DNA of 40,119 nucleotides from a virus (taxonomy: Duplodnaviria; Caudoviricetes): positions 1 through 40,119 of IMG/VR virus record IMGVR_UViG_3300027973_000098; one strand, written 5' to 3'. Both the position numbers and the translations under genes were made by a program. Positions 9,106 to 17,570 of this stretch are shown here, one piece after another (position 1 is the first letter of the stretch; every line of letters begins with the position of its first letter). The notes beneath the pieces are model-generated. The model was not told the origin of the DNA. It did no database searches and saw only the letters and a list, made by a program, of their open reading frames with translations.

Positions 9106-9626
9106 GAAATGTCTCCAACAACCGTAAACACATTTGATGCAGTACAAAGAATTGTTGCTGAACTGTATTGAGCGCGTATGTTTGGCGCTGAAGAAGTAGC
9201 ACCGTTTGATGTAACTGTTGTTCCAGCACCTTGAGTAATTGGAACTGCTCCTGCACCAATACGCTGAACATAAATAACATTTCCTGCGCTAAATGTATTT
9301 TGTGGAATAGTAATTGCTTGTGAGGTAGCCGCGTTCATTGTTACCCATTTATTAACATCACCTACAACAAGTGTGTAAGCAGTTGTTTGGGCATTAAATG
9401 TTGAAGAAACAGGAGTACCTGTCAAACCTTGCACGCCTTGAGTACCTGTCAAACCTTGAGTGCCTGTTGTACCCTGCGCACCAGTTGTTCCTTGAGTGCC
9501 ATTAGTTCCTTGTGCGCCTGTAGTGCCTTGCAAACCAGTTGTGCCTTGTGCGCCAGTTGTGCCTTGAGAACCAGTTAATCCCTGTGGGCCTTGCACATTT
9601 GGGTTAGGTGTAATTGATACTGACAT
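9102..9626 (-). CDS. Short collagen-like fibre protein with C-terminal beta-sandwich docking domain
   Basis: About 20 Gly-X-Y triplets then NAQT..YTL...RAQYSSA...VVGDIS, paralogous to the C-terminus of 30607..31500. Confidence 0.75.
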   Translation of the reverse strand: MSVSITPNPNVQGPQGLTGSQGTTGAQGTTGLQGTTGAQGTNGTQGTTGAQGTTGTQGLTGTQGVQGLTGTPVSSTFNAQTTAYTLVVGDVNKWVTMNAATSQAITIPQNTFSAGNVIYVQRIGAGAVPITQGAGTTVTSNGATSSAPNIRAQYSSATILCTASNVFTVVGDIS

Positions 9627-9958
9627 TATGAGATCTCGCTTCCAAATGCGTTGAATGAACTTGTACCATTTGTTGAATAAACTGTAATTACATCTGTTGC
9701 ACCTAAAGTCACGCCACTTGTGTATGCAAAAGTGGCAGTTGCGCTCAAACTTAAATCATCAACAATGTAATGCTTGTTTTCTAATGTTGCACCTGCGGGG
9801 CGAATAGCAATGCGAATTATGTCGGTTGTTGTATTGCTTGTGTTAGCAACATTGATTGTTGAAACAACTGCTTGAGTTGCACTAGGAACGGTGTAAAGGG
9901 TTGTCGCAGTAACCGCAGATGGTGCTGATTGCCCTAATACTTTGTATGTTGTTGGCAT
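9626..9958 (-). CDS. Small virion fibre adaptor protein
   Basis: 110 aa, beta-rich, [10 protein letters not shown]...LYTVP...FGSEIS; between two collagen genes; AAAGGGAG RBS. Confidence 0.6.
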   Translation of the reverse strand: MPTTYKVLGQSAPSAVTATTLYTVPSATQAVVSTINVANTSNTTTDIIRIAIRPAGATLENKHYIVDDLSLSATATFAYTSGVTLGATDVITVYSTNGTSSFNAFGSEIS

Positions 9959-9970
9959 TATTCTCCCTTT

Positions 9971-12631
9971 TTACATTCCGCCGAGCATTAAAATGTCAGG
10001 CATTGCTGTTGCCGCTGTTCCTACAGTACCTTGAGTACCTGTCACGCCCTGAGTACCAACTATGCCTTGCAAGCCAGTTGTTCCTTGAACCTGAATACCC
10101 TGCGTACCTTGAATACCCTGCGCACCTTGCGTTCCAATAGTACCTTGAATTCCATTTGTACCTTGAACTCCTTGAGCGCCAGTTTCACCAATAGCACCTT
10201 GAGTTCCAATTGCTCCTTGTACGCCTTGAGATCCAATAGTTCCTTGCGAGCCTGTTAAACCTTGTGCGCCAGTTAAACCTTGAACACCTGTTGTTCCTTG
10301 AACGCCTTGCGCACCCTGCGCACCAATTGCTCCTTGTGTTCCAGTCTCACCCTGAACACCTTGCATGCCAGTTGCGCCCTGAGATCCAATTAAACCTTGA
10401 GAACCAGTTGTACCTTGAGTACCTTGCGCTCCGTTAGTTCCGCTAGTTCCCTGAGATCCAGTTGTTCCTTGAGAACCATTGAGTCCGTCAGTTCCTTGCG
10501 CACCTAATAAACCTTGAACACCTTGCGTTCCCTGGCTACCAGTTAATCCTTGAGTTCCTGTAGCGCCCTGAGAGCCTGTTAATCCTTGATGACCTTCAAC
10601 TCCTTGAATTCCCTCTGTACCTTGCGTTCCTTCATGGCCCTGAATTCCCTCTAAGCCTTGAGCGCCTGTAGTTCCCTGAACGCCGTCTAAGCCCTGAGAA
10701 CCAGTTTCTCCTTGCGCACCTGTTATGCCTTGTACGCCGCGTGTTCCTTGAATTCCGTTTAATCCTTGAGAACCTGTCTCACCTTGAATTCCAGTAAAGC
10801 CTTGAGAACCTTCAAGTCCTTGCAAGCCTTCAATGCCCTGTGTGCCAGTCTGACCTTGAGCGCCAACTAATCCTTGAGTTCCAGTTGTACCTTGTAAACC
10901 TTCAGTTCCCTGAACGCCTTGCAAACCTGTTGTTCCTTGAGCGCCAACAGTTCCTTGCGCACCAGTAGTTCCTTGAACACCAACGCTCTGCGTAATAAGA
11001 GAAATTGGGTGGCCATTTGCAAATCCTGTTGTACCTGTTCCACCTGATGACAAAAGTGTTGCAGGGAAAGTCCAATAATCATTAGGAACAAATGTAGGTG
11101 TTCCGTTTACTTCCCATTCTTGGTAGTTAGTAGAGTTATTTCTATCTTGAACAAAGAAAATGTCACCGTTTTTAATGTTTGCTAACAAAACATCAATGTC
11201 CACATTTGCATCTGTTAAATGAGATACATAAATGTTTGTAGCAAGAATTTGTACCGCGTTATTCCATTTAATGTCACCAGCATTAGGTGGTGGTGTTTGT
11301 GAGTTGGTTCTTGCTAGATAATCAAAAATAGATGATGATGTACCGCTTGCACCAGTAATACCTTGAACGCCTTGAGTGCCATCTAAGCCCTGAACACCCT
11401 GGCTACCAATAATTCCTTGAACGCCCTCAATGCCTTGCGTTCCATCAGTTCCTTGAATTCCATCAAGACCTTGTGATCCAACTGTGCCTTGAATTCCAGT
11501 AACACCTTGCGCACCCTCAAGGCCTTGCAAACCCTCAATACCTTGCGCGCCAATAGCACTTTGAATTCCCTGTGTTCCTTGTGCGCCTTCTAAACCTTGC
11601 GTACCGTCAAAGCCCTGCAAACCAGTTTCACCTTGTATGCCTGTTATGCCCTGAGAACCTGTAATTCCTTGTAAGCCCTCAATACCTTGAGTGCCATCAT
11701 GTCCTTGAATTCCTTGTGTGCCTTGCGCACCCTCTGTACCTTGAATTCCATCAGTACCCTGCGCTCCAACAAGTCCTTGTAAACCTTCTAAACCTTGAGC
11801 GCCAGTTTCTCCTTGCACACCAGTTGTACCTTGTGCGCCTTCAGATCCTTGAACACCTTGCACACCTTCTACGCCTTGTGTTCCCTGTGTTCCGTCAAAA
11901 CCTTGAACGCCTTGAGCGCCCTCTAATCCCTGCAAGCCATCTAAGCCTTGTGTTCCTTGTGTTCCGTCAAAGCCTTGCAAACCTTCATGGCCTTGAATAC
12001 CAATTAAACCTTGAGCGCCTTCAACTCCTTGAGTACCTTCAAGTCCTTGTGCGCCAGTTTCGCCCTGCGCACCAACAGTTCCTTGAATACCGTCAGTTCC
12101 CTGAATACCTTGCAAACCTTCAACACCTTGAATTCCATCAAAACCCTGTGTTCCTGTTGCGCCTTGTATGCCTTCAATGCCCTGAATTCCCTCAAGTCCT
12201 TGAGTACCAGTTGCGCCCTGCGCTCCATCAAAACCTTGAATACCGTCTAAGCCCTGTGATCCATCTGTTCCTTGTACACCTTGTAAACCTTCAACGCCCT
12301 GCATACCTTCTGCGCCCTGGATACCGTCAAATCCTTGCGCGCCAGTTGTGCCTTGTACTCCTTGCAATCCATCTGCGCCTTGAATTCCATCAAGCCCCTG
12401 TGTTCCGTCTAAACCTTGCGCGCCAATTAAACCTTGTGTGCCTTGTGCTTGATTAAAGCCACCACCCTGAATACCTTGTGGGCCTTGTACGCCTTGTGCA
12501 ACTGCTCCACCTGAAAGACCTTGAACACCTTGAATACCTTGTTGCCCAACAGGGCCAGGTGTAACAACAATGACATTAGGTGTTCCAACAGGATTTGGAT
12601 TGTTAAGAAAACTGTTTGGGTTGTATGTCAT
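9971..12631 (-). CDS. Long collagen-like fibre protein (Gly-X-Gln repeats)
   Basis: Two Gly-X-Y tracts (about 11350-12555 and 10015-10985) separated by a globular domain of about 120 aa. Confidence 0.9.
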   Translation of the reverse strand: MTYNPNSFLNNPNPVGTPNVIVVTPGPVGQQGIQGVQGLSGGAVAQGVQGPQGIQGGGFNQAQGTQGLIGAQGLDGTQGLDGIQGADGLQGVQGTTGAQGFDGIQGAEGMQGVEGLQGVQGTDGSQGLDGIQGFDGAQGATGTQGLEGIQGIEGIQGATGTQGFDGIQGVEGLQGIQGTDGIQGTVGAQGETGAQGLEGTQGVEGAQGLIGIQGHEGLQGFDGTQGTQGLDGLQGLEGAQGVQGFDGTQGTQGVEGVQGVQGSEGAQGTTGVQGETGAQGLEGLQGLVGAQGTDGIQGTEGAQGTQGIQGHDGTQGIEGLQGITGSQGITGIQGETGLQGFDGTQGLEGAQGTQGIQSAIGAQGIEGLQGLEGAQGVTGIQGTVGSQGLDGIQGTDGTQGIEGVQGIIGSQGVQGLDGTQGVQGITGASGTSSSIFDYLARTNSQTPPPNAGDIKWNNAVQILATNIYVSHLTDANVDIDVLLANIKNGDIFFVQDRNNSTNYQEWEVNGTPTFVPNDYWTFPATLLSSGGTGTTGFANGHPISLITQSVGVQGTTGAQGTVGAQGTTGLQGVQGTEGLQGTTGTQGLVGAQGQTGTQGIEGLQGLEGSQGFTGIQGETGSQGLNGIQGTRGVQGITGAQGETGSQGLDGVQGTTGAQGLEGIQGHEGTQGTEGIQGVEGHQGLTGSQGATGTQGLTGSQGTQGVQGLLGAQGTDGLNGSQGTTGSQGTSGTNGAQGTQGTTGSQGLIGSQGATGMQGVQGETGTQGAIGAQGAQGVQGTTGVQGLTGAQGLTGSQGTIGSQGVQGAIGTQGAIGETGAQGVQGTNGIQGTIGTQGAQGIQGTQGIQVQGTTGLQGIVGTQGVTGTQGTVGTAATAMPDILMLGGM

Positions 12632-13173
12632 CTTGTCACCTCTGCATTTACATTGATCTCACCTTGAACAATGCGTGTTCTCACATTGCTTGATGAAGTT
12701 ATCTCTAGGTCATAGTAATACGGCCCTGCAATTACTGCGCCTGTTTGTTGCGCTGTTGCATGTACTGCAATTATGCCACTAGGCCCATCAATTGTAATGC
12801 CTGTTGTTGTATCAAGCGTTAAAACTGCAATAGTGTCATTAGGTAGCGAGCGCAATTGCATGCGGGCTGTGTAGTTAGTTAAATCAACTGCACTGAGCGC
12901 TGTACCACCTTGTAAGTACAAGCCAGTTGCAGGATTAGTAACTGTGAACTGTGTTGTTGTGCGTGAAGCAATTGTTACATTGCCTAAGTTGTATTGGCTA
13001 GGCAAAATGCCCTCAATGTAAACAGTCTGCCCTGCGCTAAATCCGTTATCTGCGGTAAATGTGACGGTAGTACCATTACCTACCGCGTTAGTAATTGTTG
13101 CAGGTTGTGAATACAAGAAATTGCGATACCAGTCAGAGCCTTGATCAATTATTGTGTTGTAATTGTCAGCCAT
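12628..13173 (-). CDS. Virion structural protein, putative fibre anchor (BppU-N-like)
   Basis: IDQGSDW...VDLTNYTARMQLR...YYYDLEI...RIVQGEINV pattern with an inserted beta domain; precedes the collagen gene. Confidence 0.6.
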   Translation of the reverse strand: MADNYNTIIDQGSDWYRNFLYSQPATITNAVGNGTTVTFTADNGFSAGQTVYIEGILPSQYNLGNVTIASRTTTQFTVTNPATGLYLQGGTALSAVDLTNYTARMQLRSLPNDTIAVLTLDTTTGITIDGPSGIIAVHATAQQTGAVIAGPYYYDLEITSSSNVRTRIVQGEINVNAEVTR

Positions 13174-14603
13174 TATGCTCCTTGTGCCACCTCAGACTTT
13201 GGAGCAATCATAGCGGTATTGCATGCTGAACAATGTGTAAATGATTTAGGCATTGGTAGGCCACACTTAGGGCAATGATTAGCAATTGCATTAAAGTAAT
13301 TACTAACCGTAACTTTTCCTAATAAATCGCTAAAACCCTGAACCATTGCATCAATGCGGTCAGGTGAGTTCGCTTCATCTGTAGTCCAGGTACACATTTG
13401 ATCTTCTAATTCAGGGAATTCCCCAATGTGGTGAATACGCCCCTGCTCATACATTGCCGCTACTGGCTCTGCTCGCAACTTCTTACCAACATGCGCTCTG
13501 ATTTCTCTAATTGGTAATGTTGGGCGCACTTGCTTTAGCACTGCACCCACCATGTCACCGCCCTGGTTTACTTCAACCAACACTGCATCTGCTTTGTAAG
13601 CATCAAATAGTTCTACGGTTTTATTTGCCCACTGCAACGGTGAACCTCTAAATGAGTAATCTCCCAGGACATAACCCTGTCCATCTGAGGTAGATCCGCA
13701 CACAATAATTCCTGTTTCATCTGAGCGCTCGCTATTTGTTACCGCAGGATCAACGCTTACAACAATCCTTGCCATTGGTGGGGCTTTCTCAATGCGGCTA
13801 CGGTCAATCAAGCCTCTAGTCCACAATGCGCCTTCAACATCATCAAGGATTTCTCCATAGAGTTCTTGCCTTCCCAATCTTGTGCCGTTGTAACGGGCTT
13901 GTAACTCCATCAATGCGCTAGGGGCTAGATTTGCCGCGTTATCAAATGTGCTTCCCCTGGTAATGACTACAGAACCATCTGTACGGCCTGCAAGCATGCG
14001 TAACAGGGCTGTAGAGCGCGGTGTGGTGGTAACAATGACCCGTGGCTTTTTACCCAGGCGCAAACCAAACTGCAACTGATCCCATGCGTCTTGATAACGC
14101 CATGCACCTAATTCATCACACCAAGCGCCATGATGCTGTGGGCCACGGAAACGCTCAGGGTTATCTGCGGAAAATAGTTTTATGCGGCTACCGTTCTTGA
14201 GCAGGATCTCACCGATAGAACGGTTGTAGTTCTCCATCATGTGATACCGCTGAAGTATGGCAACAATGCCTGACTCACCTTCAGCGCATGTATCTCTAGC
14301 ATCAGAGAAAGTAGGAGCAACAACAGCCCAACGCGTAGCGGGTTGAATGATTGCTTGCCAGGCTATTTCTTCTGCGCCTAATCTTGTTTTGCCAAATCCA
14401 CGGCCTGCCATTGCAAGCCAAATGTTCCAATCACCTTCAGGCGGTAGTTGTTCCTTCCGCGCCAGTTTGTTCTTCCATACCCAACGGCTCGCTTTTATCC
14501 GTGAGTTCAGTGATGGTTGGAATGTCAATTGCGGTTGCAATTGCTCCTGCTTCAATGAGTCTTGCGACTCGCTCAACTTCTGCGTCCAGGTCTGATCCGT
14601 CAT
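13173..14603 (-). CDS. terL: Terminase large subunit (true start probably downstream of 14603)
   Basis: Walker A AGRGFGKT, Walker B AWCDE, TTTP motif, nuclease VSVDPA...DET and PDRIDA; C-terminal CPKC...CSAC. Confidence 0.95.
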   Translation of the reverse strand: MTDQTWTQKLSESQDSLKQEQLQPQLTFQPSLNSRIKASRWVWKNKLARKEQLPPEGDWNIWLAMAGRGFGKTRLGAEEIAWQAIIQPATRWAVVAPTFSDARDTCAEGESGIVAILQRYHMMENYNRSIGEILLKNGSRIKLFSADNPERFRGPQHHGAWCDELGAWRYQDAWDQLQFGLRLGKKPRVIVTTTPRSTALLRMLAGRTDGSVVITRGSTFDNAANLAPSALMELQARYNGTRLGRQELYGEILDDVEGALWTRGLIDRSRIEKAPPMARIVVSVDPAVTNSERSDETGIIVCGSTSDGQGYVLGDYSFRGSPLQWANKTVELFDAYKADAVLVEVNQGGDMVGAVLKQVRPTLPIREIRAHVGKKLRAEPVAAMYEQGRIHHIGEFPELEDQMCTWTTDEANSPDRIDAMVQGFSDLLGKVTVSNYFNAIANHCPKCGLPMPKSFTHCSACNTAMIAPKSEVAQGA

Positions 14604-14943
14604 AAGTAACCACCTCTGCTTGAACCTTTATTGGCGCGTCTAGTCCTAATAACTTTGCGCGTTTATCAATTACGCGTAACACAAAATCTGCCGCTCTGAG
14701 ATTGCCAGCCACCGCAGGTTGCCAGTAGGTGCGCTGTAAACTATCTAAGCGATCCAGTTCCAACTCACGGTGTTCCTCAATAGCCGCAACAGGGTGACGC
14801 ATCAGCGCTCGCTTGTAAGCCTTAACGACTCCTGCAATGCTCATGTCCATCATAGTTGCTATCTCACGCCACACATAACCTTCATGGCGCAACTCAATTA
14901 TGGTTGTTTCTTTTTCTACTAACTCTTGCGTAATTTCTACCAT
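14437..14943 (-). CDS. terS: Terminase small subunit
   Basis: N-terminal HTH (LRHEGYVWREIA), helical core, RAKLLGLDAP motif; immediately upstream of terL. Confidence 0.8.
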   Translation of the reverse strand: MVEITQELVEKETTIIELRHEGYVWREIATMMDMSIAGVVKAYKRALMRHPVAAIEEHRELELDRLDSLQRTYWQPAVAGNLRAADFVLRVIDKRAKLLGLDAPIKVQAEVVTYDGSDLDAEVERVARLIEAGAIATAIDIPTITELTDKSEPLGMEEQTGAEGTTTA

Positions 14944-14987
14944 AATGTGTTGATGTTAATGTTTCAAAAACTTTCCTGCAAGTTGAA

Positions 14988-15602
14988 TTACCTGGCTTTG
15001 AGATTACTACTTGTGGCAGACGGTATCCATAGTTCTTCTTCTTCTGAAGGAAACAGGGTTAATAAATTATCGTTGAGGTCTATTTGCCACAGGTTTATGT
15101 CGGCTGAAGCCTTAAAACCTACATGGTTAATCATACCTTTTTGCCATACACCGTACTTGTTAAAACCTAGTGCCTTCCAAAAATTATTACTTTCTAAGTC
15201 TGTGCGGCATCTAAGCCTTGTGCCTGTTCTTTGAAATGTTTGACAAAAATCTTTTACAACGGCTATGAGCGCAGAACCGTAATCTAATCGTCTTGCGTCA
15301 TCTCTGACTGCTATCTGTTGAATTCGTGTGTAAGTATGGTGGCCTTTACCTGGTGTTAGAAGAATGTATCCAACAGGGTCATTGTTCTTTTCACAAATAA
15401 ATACAACAAAATTTCTTTCGCCGCCAAAAACATACTTATCCCATACGGTTTTTTGAATAAAGCCGACAGCGTAAGAGTTATCTTTTTGTAATTTATCAAT
15501 AAACATAATGTCAATTTCGCGGGCATTTCTTACAACCAAATCACCTTTTTCGTACAAAACATTTATTAGCCCTGTTGCACAATCAAATTTGCCTAAATTC
15601 AT
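14988..15602 (-). CDS. GNAT-family acetyltransferase
   Basis: IQQIAVRDDARRLDYGSALI (acetyl-CoA motif A) and SNNFWKALGF (motif B). Confidence 0.85.
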   Translation of the reverse strand: MNLGKFDCATGLINVLYEKGDLVVRNAREIDIMFIDKLQKDNSYAVGFIQKTVWDKYVFGGERNFVVFICEKNNDPVGYILLTPGKGHHTYTRIQQIAVRDDARRLDYGSALIAVVKDFCQTFQRTGTRLRCRTDLESNNFWKALGFNKYGVWQKGMINHVGFKASADINLWQIDLNDNLLTLFPSEEEELWIPSATSSNLKAR

Positions 15603-15610
15603 TTTGCCTC

Positions 15611-15686
15611 CCTACTGCGAACAAAACCCACACTCATCAGAATGTGGGCTGTGTCCAGCACTCAACCCCACGGTGGGGTCAGTAGG
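15611..15686 (-). ncRNA. Candidate cis-regulatory three-way-junction RNA upstream of the GNAT gene
   Basis: P1 CCUACUG/CAGUAGG, P2 ACCCCA/UGGGGU, P3 UGGACA-C-AGCCCACAUUC/GAGUGUGGGUU-U-UGUUCG with four G-U pairs valid only on the minus strand; P1 overlaps the SD. Confidence 0.55.
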
Positions 15687-15692
15687 CGTAAC

Positions 15693-15782
15693 TTATCGGA
15701 CTCCTAGTGCCATTGCAACTACAGCAATAAACAGGCTTAGGACTATAAAAAGCATTACGCCATCATAAGGTGTGTTGTTCAT
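15693..15782 (-). CDS. 29-aa single-pass membrane peptide
   Basis: ATGA overlap with upstream stop; MNNTPYDGVMLFIVLSLFIAVVAMALGVR. Confidence 0.55.
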   Translation of the reverse strand: MNNTPYDGVMLFIVLSLFIAVVAMALGVR

Positions 15783-15964
15783 GGCTTACCTGTTCTTACC
15801 AAATTCAAACGCGCATCAAGCAATTCATCTAACTGTTCTGTCAGCATTTCTTTTTTGCGCCAATCCATGCGGTTGCCGTATTCATCTGTTTTCAGCATTG
15901 CGTAAACATGGCTTAGACATTCATCTATCTGAGCCACGGTTACTTCTTCTTCAATGACAATCAC
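15779..15964 (-). CDS. Hypothetical protein
   Basis: 61-aa ORF packed in the minus-strand operon. Confidence 0.65.
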   Translation of the reverse strand: MIVIEEEVTVAQIDECLSHVYAMLKTDEYGNRMDWRKKEMLTEQLDELLDARLNLVRTGKP

Positions 15965-15973
15965 ATGAAGATG

Positions 15974-16159
15974 TTAGCCTTGATTACGCTCCTGGCGCTT
16001 TGTAAAGTAGTTTTCAACATCTGCTTTTGTATAGAACACATTACGCCCTGACTTCTGTACCCATGTCAGAGTTTTGCGGTGTTGGATCTGTCGCAAGTTA
16101 TTTAATGTAATTCCTAAACGCTCGCATACTTCAGACGCGCTCATTAGATCATCTACCAC
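15974..16159 (-). CDS. MerR/excisionase-like HTH DNA-binding protein
   Basis: LMSASEVCERLGIT...GRNVFYTKADVENY pattern. Confidence 0.75.
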   Translation of the reverse strand: MVDDLMSASEVCERLGITLNNLRQIQHRKTLTWVQKSGRNVFYTKADVENYFTKRQERNQG

Positions 16160-16521
16160 GGTGATGCCTCCTTAGTTGCAAATTGTTGTGATTTTGGTTT
16201 ACCCAGGCGTGGCACTAAGCCAACTTCCTTAGCGGCAATCTCCATTGTTGTTTTTTCATTGCCCTCTTTGTCGGTGTAAGTTTTTTGTTCTAAATCGCCA
16301 ACAACTAGAACACTGTCACCTTTTCTAAAAGTATCTGCAATTGCTTCAGCCTTTGTTCCAAACGCAATTACTCTAAACCATGTAACTTCTCCATCTTTCC
16401 ATTCACCGTTTATTTGCTTTCGCGGGGTGTACGCCAATGAAAAATTACAATACGCTGTGTTGTTTTTTGAAAACTTTAGGTCAGGGTCACTGCCTAAATT
16501 ACCTTTAACGCTTATGTGCAT
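16153..16521 (-). CDS. ssb: Single-stranded DNA-binding protein
   Basis: GNLGSDPDLKF, WFRVIAFG, KGDSVLVVGDLEQKTYTDKEG; C-terminal PW. Confidence 0.92.
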   Translation of the reverse strand: MHISVKGNLGSDPDLKFSKNNTAYCNFSLAYTPRKQINGEWKDGEVTWFRVIAFGTKAEAIADTFRKGDSVLVVGDLEQKTYTDKEGNEKTTMEIAAKEVGLVPRLGKPKSQQFATKEASPW

Positions 16522-16874
16522 CAGTCACCTTCCATCATTACGGCTTCAGTGCCGTCATCTTGTAGTAATACAATTGAACCATCAGGCTTCACAAAAGGAA
16601 ATTCATGTGGCTCTCTGTAAGAAGGCACAATCCAACCTTTTTGTTCTGCGCTTGCAGGCTTGAGGTGAATACTATCGGTTTTTAGATTATGGCAACCGTG
16701 ATGGATCAAGATGAGATTGGAAACGGTATTTTTGCCGCCTCTTGATTTGAGTTTGCGGTGATGCAAGGCCATGTTCTCAGGCAAGCCAGGGCCACCGCAG
16801 ACTTCGCAATAGCCATTAGCCCTGTTGATTACAGTTGCTACAACTTTTTTATCAATCGCCATCTTCTTCGTCAT
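16521..16874 (-). CDS. HNH endonuclease
   Basis: CEVCG...LHHRK...GG...SNLILIHHGCHN. Confidence 0.85.
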   Translation of the reverse strand: MTKKMAIDKKVVATVINRANGYCEVCGGPGLPENMALHHRKLKSRGGKNTVSNLILIHHGCHNLKTDSIHLKPASAEQKGWIVPSYREPHEFPFVKPDGSIVLLQDDGTEAVMMEGD

Positions 16875-16947
16875 CTTCCCATTCAGTAGGATCTACCGTA
16901 GGAAGATCAACGCGCAAAGGCAGGCCAAAAGGTGATGCTGTACTCAA
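16852..16947 (-). CDS. 31-aa acidic peptide
   Basis: TTGA overlap with the transglycosylase stop; MSTASPFGLPLRVDLPTVDPTEWEDDEEDGD. Confidence 0.4.
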   Translation of the reverse strand: MSTASPFGLPLRVDLPTVDPTEWEDDEEDGD

Positions 16948-17369
16948 TACCAGCCACCTCTCAAATCTTCGCCCGCTTGTTTTTTCCAAAAGTTCCATGC
17001 CGCGCATGGAGATCCGTAACGCTTATGCACATAGCGTAGTCCAGCCCGCATCTGCGTGTAGGCATCTTTTGGCTTGTATGGGAACTTGTAATTGCCCCAG
17101 GTGCTAGGCATGAACTGGAACAGCCCAAACGCGCCTGATGACCGATTGAGCGCATTAACGCGCCAGCCGCTCTCTTTCGTGAGCAATTGATCTAGGCAGG
17201 CAAACTGCTTTTTATGATCAATGTAATCTTTCTTCACCATTGCCGCCGCCATCAACTTAGGCGGTAACTGGTGCAACTCTAGTTTTGGTGCTTGAGCCGC
17301 AGAAGGTGAAGCAAACACAATTCCTACCGCTAATGCGGCGCTTAAAAGGATTTGCGTTAGACGCTTCAG
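16944..17369 (-). CDS. Secreted SLT-like lytic transglycosylase (probable CTG start at 17369)
   Basis: KESGW, SSGAFGLFQFMPSTW, GLRYVHKRYGSPC; extension to CTG gives signal peptide MKRLTQILLSAALAVGIVFASPSAAQA. Confidence 0.85.
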   Translation of the reverse strand: MKRLTQILLSAALAVGIVFASPSAAQAPKLELHQLPPKLMAAAMVKKDYIDHKKQFACLDQLLTKESGWRVNALNRSSGAFGLFQFMPSTWGNYKFPYKPKDAYTQMRAGLRYVHKRYGSPCAAWNFWKKQAGEDLRGGWY

Positions 17370-17372
17370 GCT

Positions 17373-17462
17373 TTAGCCGTTCGCCAACTTTCTACAGACT
17401 TCGCAGGCGGCGTTACCGTAAACCCAACTACCGCAATTACAACGCTTTACTAAACTGTCCAT
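17373..17462 (-). CDS. 29-aa zinc-finger-like microprotein
   Basis: GAAAGGGG RBS; MDSLVKRCNCGSWVYGNAACEVCRKLANG. Confidence 0.6.
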   Translation of the reverse strand: MDSLVKRCNCGSWVYGNAACEVCRKLANG

Positions 17463-17486
17463 TTCTTTACCCCTTTCAGGTTATTT

Positions 17487-17570
17487 TTAGGACTGCTCTA
17501 TTCTAAAGCAAATTTCTTCCATTACAACGCCTAAAATGGTAGCAATAATTACGCCCGCAACAAACATCAT
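17487..17570 (-). CDS. 27-aa membrane peptide
   Basis: ATGA overlap; MMFVAGVIIATILGVVMEEICFRIEQS. Confidence 0.5.
   Translation of the reverse strand: MMFVAGVIIATILGVVMEEICFRIEQS

Noticed and set aside
9919-12456. Long antisense and alternate-frame ORFs over the collagen gene, and CRISPR-like periodicity
   Set aside because: By-products of the 9/18-nt Gly-X-Gln codon repeat; no constant repeat with unique spacers.
15633-15640. CTGATGA hammerhead-like core on the minus strand
   Set aside because: No stem II followed by GAAA and no cleavage triplet geometry; the motif forms the loop of P3.
17370-17440. Possible riboswitch (c-di-AMP type) or ribozyme upstream of the transglycosylase
   Set aside because: Only weak stems, consensus motifs missing, and the region is explained by a 29-aa ORF with a good RBS.
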